The notes: a model not told the origin generated them from the sequence alone. DNA of 64,000 nt from an uncultured Gemmatimonadales bacterium (GCA_963793305.1 CAWBZV010000004.1:1-64000), one strand, 5' to 3'. Shown: positions 33,898 through 44,331, counted from the stretch's first letter. Numbers and translations: made by a program.

Positions 33898-36381
33898 ATG
33901 CGCCCGAAAATCGACATGCTCACAAGCGACCTCCGGTTCGCGTTTCGCTCGCTGTCGCGCGCAAAGGGTCTCGCGATCACGGTGATCCTCACGCTCGCAC
34001 TCGGGATCGGCGCGAACGCCGCCATCTTCACCATCGTCCGCGGCGTGCTCCTCCGTCCGCTCGTCAATCGCGACGAGGGCACACTGATCTATGTGCGCCA
34101 AAGCCAGACAGGAATCGGAAGCGAAAACGCGCAGTTCTCGGTTCCCGAGCTCCAGGACATCGAGTCTGGCGTCCATTCCATAAGCCAATTCGGCGATTTC
34201 TCGACGATTGCCTTTTCGGTCGTAGGCCTCGGCGCCCCGCGTGAGGTGCGCGCAGGTGTCGTGGGCGGCTCGTATTTCGATGTGATGGGGTTGCATCCGG
34301 TCCTCGGGCGGTTGATCGGCCCACGCGATGACGGGCCGAGCGCGCCTGGCGTCGTCGTGCTCACCTATCGGTTCTGGTCGACGACGCTCCATAGCGATTC
34401 GTCGGTCCTCGGCAAGACCGTCCGCCTCGGCAGCGGCTCCCTGGGTGCGCGGACGGCGACGATCATCGGCGTGCTCGAACCGTCGATCCCGTATCCCACT
34501 GAGACCGAGTTGATCGCCAACATCGTCACGAGCCCGCACCATCTGTCGGCGACGATGGTCACCGGCCGCGTGCACCGCATGACCGAGCTGTTCGGTCGGC
34601 TCGCTCCCGGCGCCACGCTCGACCAAGCGCGCGCCGAGTTGCAGGCGGTGTACGCCCGGATGACGAACGACCATCGTGAGGCTTACCCGAAAGAGGCCGC
34701 GTCAGCGATCAGCGCCGTTCGGCTGCGCGAGCAGATCACGTCCCAAGCGAGACCCATTCTGCTCATTCTGCTCGCCGCGTCGGGGCTCATCTATATCATC
34801 GCCTGCTCGAACGTCGCCAACCTGATCCTCGCCCGTTCCATTCGCCGTGAGAGCGAGCTCGCCGTGCGCGCCGCACTCGGCGCGAGCGTCGGGGCGCTGC
34901 GCCGTACACTGCTCGTCGAGAGCGTGCTCCTCGCCAGCGCCGGCGCGCTCCTCGGCGTGCTGAGCGCGGATCCCATGGTCGCGATTCTGGCGCGCTACGC
35001 ATCCCGCTTCACGGTACGCGCGGTCGATCTCACCGTCGACTCCAGCATGCTGTGGGTCGGCGCCGGGCTCGCGATCGTCGCCGCCGTCCTGCTGGCGTTC
35101 GTCCCGCGCCTGCCCTCGTCGCGCGCCTCGCAGAGCATCGCGATCGCCGGTGGCGGCGTGCGCATGACGAGTAGTACGAACCGCCGTCTCCAACTGTTCG
35201 CCGTCACGCAGATCGCGGCCTCGTTCGTGTTGCTCGCGGGCGCGACTACACTCCTCAAGACCCTCCTCGATCTGCAACGCTCTCATCCGACGTTCGACAC
35301 GCACCACGTGCTCGCCATCGATGTCCCGGTCGACGCCTACGGCAAGACGCAAGCGCAGATCCTGGACTTCTATAAAGAAGCGGAGCGCCGCGTGGCGCAG
35401 CTCCCCGGCGTCGCGGCGGTCGCCGTGGGCGACGTCGTGCCCTGGCGCGACAACGACTTCTTCTTCGGGATGGAGTTCGCCGGCGAAGGGCACCTGCAGG
35501 CCTCGGGCGACAGCCCGCGCGCGGAGTATCGCGCTGTCTCGTCCGGATATTTCGCCACGCTCGGCGTTCCGATTATCGAGGGACGCGACTTCAATGGTAT
35601 GGATCGCGACACCGTCGAGTCCGTGGTGATCATCAGCAAGAGCGTGGCCGACCGGGTGTTCCCCGGTCAGGACCCGATCAATCACCATGTGTGGTGGACC
35701 GATCCGGTGAGCCAATTCGGCGGTGCGGGTATGCAGCCGAAACACCGCCGCATCGTCGGCGTCGTCGCGGACATTGACGATGCGCATATTCTTCCCGAGC
35801 CAACTCTGGCGATCTATGAGCCGATCACGCAGGTCGGCCTATTCGGAGGCCGCTTGTTCGTACACGCCAGCGGCAATCCGTACGCGCTCGTCGCGCCGAT
35901 CACCCGGTCCATCCGTGCCATGTCCGCCGATCAGCCGATCGAGCACGCGGCCACGCTCGAGGACGTGAAGGCCGAGGTGCTGACGCCGGACCGCTTGAAC
36001 TCTCTCGTGTTCGGCGGATTCGCGATCGTCGCGCTGGCGATTGCCGTGGTCGGTGTCGCCGGTGTCCTCGCGTTCTCCGTCAGCGCGCGCACGCGGGAGT
36101 TCGGCATCCGACTGGCCATTGGCTCGCAGTCGAGCCGACTGCTCGTGGGCGTCATGCGCGAGGCCGCGGTGATGGCCACCGCCGGAATCGTCGCCGGCGT
36201 CGCATGCGGTTACGTCCTGGCGCGACTCCTGGGCAACGGGTTGCTCGACATCAAAGCGCCGAGTGCGCTTCCGACGGTCGCCTCGGCGCTCGTCCTCCTC
36301 GTGGCGGCGATCGCTGCCTCGGCCCTTCCGGCCATGCGGGTCGCACGCATCAATGTGCTGCAGGCTTTGCGGGCCGAGTAG
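33898..36381 (+). CDS. ADOP-family duplicated ABC permease
   Basis: DLRFAFRSL, IACSNVANLILAR, RTREFGIRLAIG, LQALRAE. Confidence 0.9.
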   Translation: MRPKIDMLTSDLRFAFRSLSRAKGLAITVILTLALGIGANAAIFTIVRGVLLRPLVNRDEGTLIYVRQSQTGIGSENAQFSVPELQDIESGVHSISQFGDFSTIAFSVVGLGAPREVRAGVVGGSYFDVMGLHPVLGRLIGPRDDGPSAPGVVVLTYRFWSTTLHSDSSVLGKTVRLGSGSLGARTATIIGVLEPSIPYPTETELIANIVTSPHHLSATMVTGRVHRMTELFGRLAPGATLDQARAELQAVYARMTNDHREAYPKEAASAISAVRLREQITSQARPILLILLAASGLIYIIACSNVANLILARSIRRESELAVRAALGASVGALRRTLLVESVLLASAGALLGVLSADPMVAILARYASRFTVRAVDLTVDSSMLWVGAGLAIVAAVLLAFVPRLPSSRASQSIAIAGGGVRMTSSTNRRLQLFAVTQIAASFVLLAGATTLLKTLLDLQRSHPTFDTHHVLAIDVPVDAYGKTQAQILDFYKEAERRVAQLPGVAAVAVGDVVPWRDNDFFFGMEFAGEGHLQASGDSPRAEYRAVSSGYFATLGVPIIEGRDFNGMDRDTVESVVIISKSVADRVFPGQDPINHHVWWTDPVSQFGGAGMQPKHRRIVGVVADIDDAHILPEPTLAIYEPITQVGLFGGRLFVHASGNPYALVAPITRSIRAMSADQPIEHAATLEDVKAEVLTPDRLNSLVFGGFAIVALAIAVVGVAGVLAFSVSARTREFGIRLAIGSQSSRLLVGVMREAAVMATAGIVAGVACGYVLARLLGNGLLDIKAPSALPTVASALVLLVAAIAASALPAMRVARINVLQALRAE

Positions 36382-36390
36382 TTATCTGAG

Positions 36391-36432
36391 TTGCCCCTCC
36401 TGGGCTCGAACCAGGACTCTTCTGATCCAGAG
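36391..36432 (-). repeat. tRNA-Gln 3' fragment copy 2 (att core), 1 substitution
   Basis: 41/42 match to 44351-44392. Confidence 0.95.
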
Positions 36433-38243
36433 CCACGCTGGGAAGGGCTTGAACTCCGGTAACTTGCAGTCAAACCGCAAGTTCGCGTCGTCGGATGCCG
36501 GAGTCAACGAACTATTCTGCCGGATCGTGCCGGGTCTAGCTCACACAGGAACTCACACACGCTGTGGGTTGTTCAGGCACGAGGCGACCATGTGATCCAG
36601 CGCGGATAGCGTGCCGCCGGATGACCACCCCGAGCCGAATACCGAGGTTTGGAAGCTATCAACTAGTTCAGCAGAAACTTTTTGACAAACATCACAGTGG
36701 AATAGAAACGATAGTCGCTATTCGATGTCTTGCTGATACCATGCCCTTCGCCGGCCATTACGAAATACCAGACTGGGATTCCGTTTTTCCGCACGGCATT
36801 CACAATCTGGTCGGATTCGGCACGCGGAACGATCGGATCGTTCTCGCCCTGAATGACGAACAGCGGTTTCGTGATTGAACTCGCGTTATTCACCGGCGCG
36901 AGTCTTTCGAGGAATTCACGTATCTGTGGATCGCGCTCGTCTCCATACTCTACGCGACGAAGATCGCGGCGATACTCGGCCGTACGCTCCAGAAACGTGA
37001 CCAGATTCGAAGGACCATAGATATCTACGGCGGCGCGGATGCGCTCTGGATACTTCATGGCCGTGACCAACGCCACGTTGCCGCCATAGCTGGCGCCGGT
37101 CACCATCACCCGGTCAGGATCGAGATCTGGTTGCGTCCTAATCCAATCGAGAAGCGCACCGATATCCTTGTAGGCGTTCTCTCGGAGCAGCCCGTTGTCC
37201 AAGGTCAGAAACGTCTTTCCGAAGCCCGATGAGCCACGGATGTTCGGGAACAGCAACGCAACTCCGAGCTCATTCATGTAGTAGTTCTGCTCGCCGAGGA
37301 AGTATGGCTGAAATTGGTCCTCTGGCCCGCCATGAATGTCGATGATGACGGGACGCTTTCCCGTGAATTTGGCTGGCGGGTGATACAGGATGCCCGACAG
37401 AGCCAGGCCGTCAAAACTCTTCCAGTGAATCACGCTTGGCTCGACGAACGCCGAGGTATTGAGGCCGCCAAGCTCGCTAAAGGTCCACCGCCCGACTCGG
37501 CCTGTCTTAGTGTCGAGCGAATAAGCGTCATCCGGCCAACGCCACGAGTCCAAGCTGAAGCCGAGGTAGCGACTGTTTCGGTGCCAATGGAGATCGATCA
37601 CATAGCCGGGCGGGAAGCCAGGAAGCGGTTTTTCACGCCCGGAGATGGCGTCGAGCACATGGAGGATGGTATTGCCATCCTCATCGCTGGTCACGGCCAT
37701 CTGCTTACCATCCGGAGACAGTTGCGCCTCAAAAATGTCCCAGGGGATGTGCTCAGTCAGGAACGTATAGCGATGTGTAGAGATGTCGATCCGCGCCAGT
37801 CGCCGGAACTCGGAATCGCGGTCGGTGATGGCAAAGATGCTCTTGCCGTCCTTGCTGAAGTAGGAGGCCCCATACGCGACCGCGGTTGGCCCCGACTTTG
37901 GCGTGATGAGCATTTTCTCGCCGGTAGAGACATTAATGAGCCAGAGGTAGCTCTCGTTGGCGGAAATCTCTTGAAGGGTAAGGATCTTCGAATCATCGGG
38001 TGACCAGTCGAGAGGACTCCATCCTCCACCCTCTAGCTTCACCAGCAGCCGGTTGGTCGTTGGATCGAGCGGATTTTCGACATAGAAGTCGACATCGGTA
38101 CCATTTCGCCGGTTCGAACCGTAGGCGATTCGGTCGCCACGGTTGGACCAGACGCCGGGTCCATTCTTCGACTTGCCATCGGTGAGCAGCGTGACCCGAC
38201 CGTCCACGAAGTCGTAGCGGTAGTTCTGTGTCGTGCGTGGGAG
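36433..38243. mobile_element. Island C (~1.8 kb) between att copies 2 and 3
   Basis: Bounded by tRNA-Gln fragments. Confidence 0.75.
36663..38240 (-). pseudogene. S9 family serine peptidase, 5'-truncated at the att site
   Basis: IHGGPE, GASYGG, QGENDP, EGHG; the ORF N-terminus runs into att sequence and has no signal peptide. Confidence 0.8.
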
Positions 38244-38285
38244 TTGCCCCTCCTGGGCTCGAACCAGGACTCTCCTGATCCAGAG
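38244..38285 (-). repeat. tRNA-Gln 3' fragment copy 3 (att core)
   Basis: 42/42 match to 44351-44392. Confidence 0.95.
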
Positions 38286-38805
38286 CCGAGATTGGAGTGC
38301 CCCGAACTCCGGCAAGTTGCACTCAAACCACAAGTTGCGTGTCTCGGTTTGCCGGAGTTCCCGCACCACATGCCGGTGTTTGCCGGCGCAACGTACACAG
38401 AAACGTACACACTGAAGGCCTAAGCGCCGGATGCCACCATAGCGCCATTATTGTCTGAACTACGCCGCGAGCCGTGACTCCAGCCAGCGGTTGAGTGATT
38501 GCTGGCTCTGGTGGCGCGCGAGGCACAGAGTCCGGATCAGCGCCGTCGCGTACTGGTTCCCGCAGAGCTCTCTGGCCCGGGCCACCCAAGACTCGCCGAG
38601 GGACCCTTACGGCGCGTGAAGACGAGGACGGCGCCATCGCCTTTTGTGCCCAATGATGCGAAAATGCCCACTCGGTGCGGGTGGGCAAGGGACCGGCGGC
38701 TGCCAGCACACCCCGCGGGACCGCGTAGATCTGGGTCTTGTCGTGCGCGCCGCAGCGGCACGTATCGCCGGCCGGCAGCGCGCTTGTTCGCGATGCGGCC
38801 GCCGG

Positions 38806-40714
38806 CTACTTGGCCGGCGTTTTCAGGTACTTGTCGAACCACCCCAGCATACGCGGCCCCAGGTCTCGCGCGTGCGCCGGGATCCGGAAGCCATGTCCCT
38901 CGTCGGCGTACACGACGAGCTCGAGACGTCACGCCATTGCGCTGAAGCCCGCGCCAGAACTCGAACGACTGCGGCGCGGGACACTCGGCATCGCGCTCAC
39001 CGACGATGACCAAGGTCGGCGTACGCGCCTGTCGGATGAAGTTGATCGGCGAGCTCTTGGCGTACACCGCCGGGTCATCGTAGACCGTGGCGCCGAAATA
39101 TGGCTGCATCCACTCGTTAATGCCGTTCTCGCCCGCGTAACTCAACCAGTCGGAGAGGCCAGCAACGGCCACGACGGCTTTGAAGCGCTTGGTCTGGGTG
39201 ACCGCCCACATTCCCATGAATCCGCCGTAGCTCGCTCCCCAGAGTCCTATGCGCATGCTGTCGACGGAGTATCGGTGCACTATCGTGTCGATACCCGCCA
39301 TAATGTCGCGGAGATCGCCATATCCGAAGTCCTTCACATTGGCTTTCGCGAAGGCTTCGCCCTGCCCGTAGCTCCCGCGCGGATTCGGCATGAACACGAA
39401 GTAGCCGGCGCGGGACATCTGAGAGGTCGGATTGCGCTCCGACATCCATTCGGCCGACTGCGCCGCCGCCGGACCGCCGTGAACCTGCACGATCATGGGA
39501 TACCTGGTTCCCGGGCGGAAATCCGCCGGGAATAGCAGCCACCCCTGGACCGTGAATGCGTCGCTCTTCCACTCGACACTCTCCGCCCGGCCGTACGCTG
39601 GCGTGACCGTCGCGTTGACGTGGGTCACCGGCTCGAGCTTCTCTGGCGGCCCGGCCCAGACCTCCGGCGGCTCGCCGAAGGACTCACGCACCACGGCTAC
39701 CGCCTGGCCATCACGAGAGGCCGAGAGTGAAGGCACGAACCCTCCGCTGGTCACATGCGCATTCACGCGGGCGAGGATGCGCGAGGCGCCGGTGCGCGTA
39801 TCGAGGGTGGAGAATATGGACGCACCGCTCGCCCAAGCCGAGACAATGAGCTGATGCGGCGCACTCGTCCACGCCAGATCTGACGGGCTAGTCGTCGTCG
39901 TCGGAGTCAAATCTTTCGGCGTGCCGCCGGTGGCCGGTACGACCCAAACGTCGCCGCCGGTCGACCCCTGATCGCTCATGATACCGCCAATGTAGGCGAT
40001 CTCCGAGCCGTCCGGGGACCAGCGTGGCACAGCGATTTGCGTGGCCGGCTGCGCGATCTCTGTCAGCGCCCCCGAGTCGGCCGGCACCGCGTAGAGGCGT
40101 GCAGTCCACCAGTTGTTATTCCCCGAACCGTTCGCGGCGCTGACCACGAGTCGCCGCGAGTCGGGCGACCAATCGTACTCGTAAACATAGAGGTCCGCCG
40201 GAGTCACGACGCGGAGACGGCCTGCCGATAGATCGATGACGGCCAGATGCTGGCGGTCGACTATGTCGCCGATCACGCCGGTGTCGCGCGGCGTGGCCTC
40301 CGTCGGGTCGCCCGTGATCTCCTCCGGCCGCGCGTAGAGCACAGCCACGCTCTTGCCATCCGGCGCGAACCGGATGCCCTGGATGGAGCCGGGGATGGTG
40401 GCAACGACGCGCGACTTACCATCCGCGACGGTCGCCAACGTCACCGTGCCATTCGCGCTCAGAAAGGCGAGAGCGCGACTGTCCGGAGACCAGGCCACTT
40501 CGGACGCGTCGCCGAAGGTGCGAACGGCGGTGTGGGATGACTTGCGGTCGACGACAACGAGGGCCGGGGCGGCGCCGGCGGTGTCCGCCGGACTCGGGCC
40601 GATCCAGGCGACCAGTTGCCCGTCGGGTGAGATCGACACGTTGGAGAATCGGCGCGCCGCGTGAGACGGCGGCGGAAGCAGCGCAATGGCGGCGCAAAGA
40701 TGAAGAATAGTCAT
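38806..40714 (-). CDS. S9 family peptidase (acylaminoacyl/dipeptidyl peptidase-like; frameshift near 38925)
   Basis: Signal peptide, WSPD repeats, VHGGP, GASYGG, GERD, YADEGHGF in the shifted frame. Confidence 0.9.
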
Positions 40715-40811
40715 GTCCGGGGCACCAATGTACCGGAGCCCTGTTGAATCGATCCAATGAATTGTCTACACTGCGCTCATGGCGAAATTCGATGACGGGG
40801 CTGTGGGACCC

Positions 40812-41705
40812 ATGCATATCGAGGTGCGGGATCTGCGCCTGATTGTCGCCATCGCGCACTCCGGCAGCGTCACGGCGGCCGCCGACGCGCTTCATCTCAC
40901 GCAGTCGACGCTGAGCCATCATCTCGCCGATTTGGAACGGCGCATCGGCAGCCGGCTCTTCCATCGAACCGGTCACCGCCTGTCCATCACACCTCTCGGG
41001 AACCGGTTCCGAGCGAATGCTGAACCGCTGCTGGACGACGTCCGCGCATTCGAGCAAGCGCTCCGGAACAGGATCGACCAGCCCGTGGGAGTGGTGCGGT
41101 TCGCCACGGAATGCAATACAACGTATCCATGGTTTGGCCGGCTCGCCATCGCATTCCGACGCGAGTGGCCACAGGTGGAATTGACGCTGGTAACCGCGGC
41201 CACGGCGCAGCCGCTGGTGGAGCTGGAGCGCGGAACAGTCGACATTGCGATCACCACGCGTCGGGTTCGCCAGCGGCACTTCAAGGTTGCCACCCTGTTT
41301 TCGGACGAGCTCGTCGCGCTCGTTCCCCCGGACCATGCCTGGGGACGCAAGAAACGCGTCGAGCTTGAGGCATTTCGCGACGTGCATCTCTTGACCTTTG
41401 CAAGAGATCCCTTGCATTCCGACTTCGTCCGCGACGTGTTAGTGCCAGCGGGAGTCCTGCCGACCAAAACCTCAGGGACACAACAGACTGAGAGTCTCTT
41501 CGAGTTTTCGAAAGCCGGGATCGGAGTTGCGGTCGTGACGCGGTGGATTGCGAAGCATGTGCTCGAAAGCGGTGAGTTGGTCGCCGTGCGAATTGGCCGC
41601 GCTGGGCTCCATCGCACCTGGCGCGCCGTGTGGCTGCCGAGTTATCCGACTCCGGAATGGTTGGAAACCTTCGCCCGGCTTCTCTGTCTCGAGAATCGGC
41701 AGTAA
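40812..41705 (+). CDS. LysR-family regulator (MetR-like)
   Basis: GSVTAAADALHLTQSTLSHHLADLE, TECNTTYPW. Confidence 0.9.
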   Translation: MHIEVRDLRLIVAIAHSGSVTAAADALHLTQSTLSHHLADLERRIGSRLFHRTGHRLSITPLGNRFRANAEPLLDDVRAFEQALRNRIDQPVGVVRFATECNTTYPWFGRLAIAFRREWPQVELTLVTAATAQPLVELERGTVDIAITTRRVRQRHFKVATLFSDELVALVPPDHAWGRKKRVELEAFRDVHLLTFARDPLHSDFVRDVLVPAGVLPTKTSGTQQTESLFEFSKAGIGVAVVTRWIAKHVLESGELVAVRIGRAGLHRTWRAVWLPSYPTPEWLETFARLLCLENRQ

Positions 41706-41926
41706 GACGCGGCGCTCGGACACCGCACAAAGACCGGTCAGCCTCGCTCACACCGATCGCGCCCACCGGCGCACCGAATGCAACGAGGGCGGACCAGACT
41801 CGCACCGCGTTTGACGCCATGCGGTCGATCCGGATGTCGAGATCACCCGTAGCACGGGGAGTGCCGCGTTCCAGAAAAAGTATAGCTCACGCAGTTGGGT
41901 CAGGCGTGAACCACAACAAAAACAAC

Positions 41927-41958
41927 GGCGCCGCCTGAGACTAAGCCCAAGCAGCGCC
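41927..41958 (-). terminator. Hairpin downstream of tRNA-Gln fragment copy 4
   Basis: Minus strand GGCGCTGCTTGGG-CTTAGT-CTCAGGCGGCGCC then GTTGTTTTTG. Confidence 0.65.
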
Positions 41959-41968
41959 ATACGTTGAG

Positions 41969-42012
41969 TTGCCCCTCCTGGGCTCGAACCAGGACTCTCC
42001 TGATCCAGAGTC
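41969..42012 (-). repeat. tRNA-Gln 3' fragment copy 4 (att core)
   Basis: 44/44 match to 44351-44394. Confidence 0.95.
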
Positions 42013-42188
42013 CGACCAAGGGGACGCTCGCACCGGGTAACCAGTCCGGTATGGATGCCAATCGAGCATCGGCGCCCACTCGCGCTGTCGGAATCGATCG
42101 CGAATGTCCGGAGAAACTACGCCGAAACTACAGCCCGCGCAGAGCTCCGCGGTGTGAGCAACTGCGAGATACCGGCCTTCGCCCCGAA

Positions 42189-42485
42189 TCAGACCTCTTC
42201 GAGCGCTTCAAGAGAGTACTGGACCACGGTTTCGATGATGCCGCGAATCCCAGTCACACAGCCCTTGAATTCGATCGATTGCAGTACCGGCTGGCCATAT
42301 GAACGGAGCACGTCGCTGATGAGCGCGTGAATGAATGACTGTGTGGCAAGTGAAACACCGGTAAAGTCGAGGACAACGCGCTCGCGACGCTTCAGCGCGG
42401 GCACGATCTTCGTTTTTCGGACACGAGCAGCCGCGTCCTTGTCCTCAGCGAAATCCCCCGTGACACCACTAATCTTGATTATCAT
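42189..42485 (-). CDS. STAS-like DUF4325 protein
   Basis: VVLDFTGVSLATQSFIHALI motif. Confidence 0.8.
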   Translation of the reverse strand: MIIKISGVTGDFAEDKDAAARVRKTKIVPALKRRERVVLDFTGVSLATQSFIHALISDVLRSYGQPVLQSIEFKGCVTGIRGIIETVVQYSLEALEEV

Positions 42486-43453
42486 TTTGTGAACCTGATC
42501 TGTTGACGATACCTTTTTTTCTTCCCCGCCTTCACGTCAATCGAGTAAGCAGAGCGAATTGCCTCAAGAAGGTCTGAAAACTCCGCACCGGACTCGACTC
42601 GGATGTCGATCCCAACCAGAGTCCCCGGCCATTCAGGCGAAATGACGAAACGATGCTTGTCGTCACGAGGGTCCGCATGAAGTTCGGGTTCAGAAGCGCT
42701 CGGACGTTTTAATAGTTTGAACAAACTCTTACCGCTATACAGAACGAAATAGTTCCGCGACAGCGCCGCGATACTCTTTGTGAAGAACAGACCGGCACCA
42801 GCGTTGAACTCATTGCCGCCAAGACGGCTGGTGACACCTGTGACACCGGGTTGAAGAGCCAAACGGATGGCCGCCTCATCGCTGCGTACAGTGTGGCTCT
42901 GTTGCATCGATTGCCTGATCCCGACACCCGCGTCTGCTATGCCAATCGAAATGCGGTCAGTTTTCTTGAAGTACTGAGCGCAAACGAACGCTCCAACCGG
43001 CGAACTTGAATGTTCAAGAGCATTGCGTACCATTTCGCTGAAAACGTAGCGGATGGGATCGGCAACAGCTTTGGGCGCGTGCAGAAGGGGAACTAGATTC
43101 GTAATCGCGTCTCGAAGGTCCCGCGTATTCCGAATCTGAGTCAGCGGGATAAAGCGACCGCTCTCGTCGTGTTCGGTGATCGTCCGCGCAGGATCAACCT
43201 TCAGATGCTTGAACAATCCCATCCGAATCAAGTAAGTCAACGATCCAATTTGGCTTACGGCTCCGCGAGTACGCGCTCGTCGATGCGCGGCTAGGGCACC
43301 GGCGCAGGCAGTCATAGCCAAAACAGCCGGATGGACAGATACCCACTTCTTATGCATGCCAAACACGAGTTCATCGGCGGGCATTGGCTCATATGTCGCC
43401 AAGAACCCGTCGATGTTCTGCAAGTGGGCGCTGTTCGGCAGAAATATCTTCAC
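42482..43453 (-). CDS. Histidine kinase-like (GHKL) ATPase without HisKA domain
   Basis: SEMVRNALEHS, IADAGVGI, NAGAGLF, WPGTLV. Confidence 0.8.
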   Translation of the reverse strand: MKIFLPNSAHLQNIDGFLATYEPMPADELVFGMHKKWVSVHPAVLAMTACAGALAAHRRARTRGAVSQIGSLTYLIRMGLFKHLKVDPARTITEHDESGRFIPLTQIRNTRDLRDAITNLVPLLHAPKAVADPIRYVFSEMVRNALEHSSSPVGAFVCAQYFKKTDRISIGIADAGVGIRQSMQQSHTVRSDEAAIRLALQPGVTGVTSRLGGNEFNAGAGLFFTKSIAALSRNYFVLYSGKSLFKLLKRPSASEPELHADPRDDKHRFVISPEWPGTLVGIDIRVESGAEFSDLLEAIRSAYSIDVKAGKKKRYRQQIRFTK

Positions 43454-43586
43454 GGTAGAAAGAAATCCTGTCTCATTATCTCGAACCTTCGGGCCGCGTC
43501 CCTGAAAGATATCGGGTGGCAATAGATAATCCGCGAATAGGCTGCGCCCGGCCCTGGGGGCGGAGACCAAAGCCAAGGTCGAGCCG

Positions 43587-43790
43587 TTGAAAGGCGGACT
43601 CTGGCACCCGTACCGCCGCAAGTGGGCAACCGAACGTCGACATCTACAGACCGTCGACGTGATGAAAGCAGGAGGGTGGACCGACCGAACGACGATGGAG
43701 ACATGCTATCAGCAAGCAACCGAAGCCGGCGTGATCGCCGCAATGTCGTCCCCAGTCAAGCTCCGGGATCACGGGATCAGCCCCACGTAG
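43587..43790 (+). pseudogene. C-terminal fragment of a tyrosine integrase
   Basis: WHPYRRKWAT (HxxR), AGGW, CYQQ catalytic-end motifs; upstream portion absent. Confidence 0.7.
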
Positions 43791-43836
43791 GTAGGTGAAA
43801 CGGCGGCCCGGTTGGGCTCTGGACCGGTGGTGTTCC

Positions 43837-44331
43837 ATGCACCATATCATTAGGAATGTTGAGGCGAATCGAGCGGTGACTATTCGGTACAGACTGACGC
43901 TGCCAAGAGTACTGATACTCGGAGCCGCACTGACCATCGTGGTTGTTGCGCTGGTCGATGGGTGGCGAGCAGCAGCTCGAGTCACCGCTTGGGTTTGCGC
44001 GCTCGCCTTAATGGCGACGGCATTCGCGATGGTCGCGATATTGGCGCGCGCGAAGCAGCGTAAGGGTGCTTACCCTCCGGGCGGGATTACGGCCACGACG
44101 TTCCTGGTCTGGGGATGCATGTTCGCTACAATGGTGCTGGTGGAAGTCGGCCGTGCAGATGGTTTCCCATTCGTTGTACCTGTGTCTGCCGGCCTCGGTT
44201 GCTTTGCGGTGGGCTTCGGGCTTCGCGGGATGGCCATCGCACGGCGTCGCGCCAGGGAGCGGAAAGAGATCAGAAACTCCGTCGACACTCCGACAGCGGG
44301 AGCGGAAAAGCAAAGGCCCCGCACCGACTAA
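43837..44331 (+). CDS. Small 4-TM membrane protein
   Basis: Hydrophobic ORF; start uncertain. Confidence 0.55.
   Translation: MHHIIRNVEANRAVTIRYRLTLPRVLILGAALTIVVVALVDGWRAAARVTAWVCALALMATAFAMVAILARAKQRKGAYPPGGITATTFLVWGCMFATMVLVEVGRADGFPFVVPVSAGLGCFAVGFGLRGMAIARRRARERKEIRNSVDTPTAGAEKQRPRTD

Larger units (their letters stand above)
22512..36390. mobile_element. Island D (~13.9 kb) between att copies 1 and 2
   Basis: Bounded by tRNA-Gln fragments; contains an integrase remnant and accessory cargo. Confidence 0.75.
38286..41968. mobile_element. Island B (~3.7 kb) between att copies 3 and 4
   Basis: Bounded by tRNA-Gln fragments; carries an S9 peptidase and a divergent LysR gene. Confidence 0.75.

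Noticed and set aside
36263..36595. Recurring small ORFs containing SCPSWARTRTLLIQS (also at 38233, 41964, 44115)
   Set aside because: These are translations of the tRNA repeat, not a protein family.
38560..38800. C-terminal extension of the 725-aa S9 ORF
   Set aside because: Caused by the frameshift near 38925; the true end with the catalytic His stops at 38806.
22471..42012. Four extra functional tRNA-Gln genes
   Set aside because: All lack the 5' acceptor strand and D-arm; the adjacent sequence cannot complete a cloverleaf.
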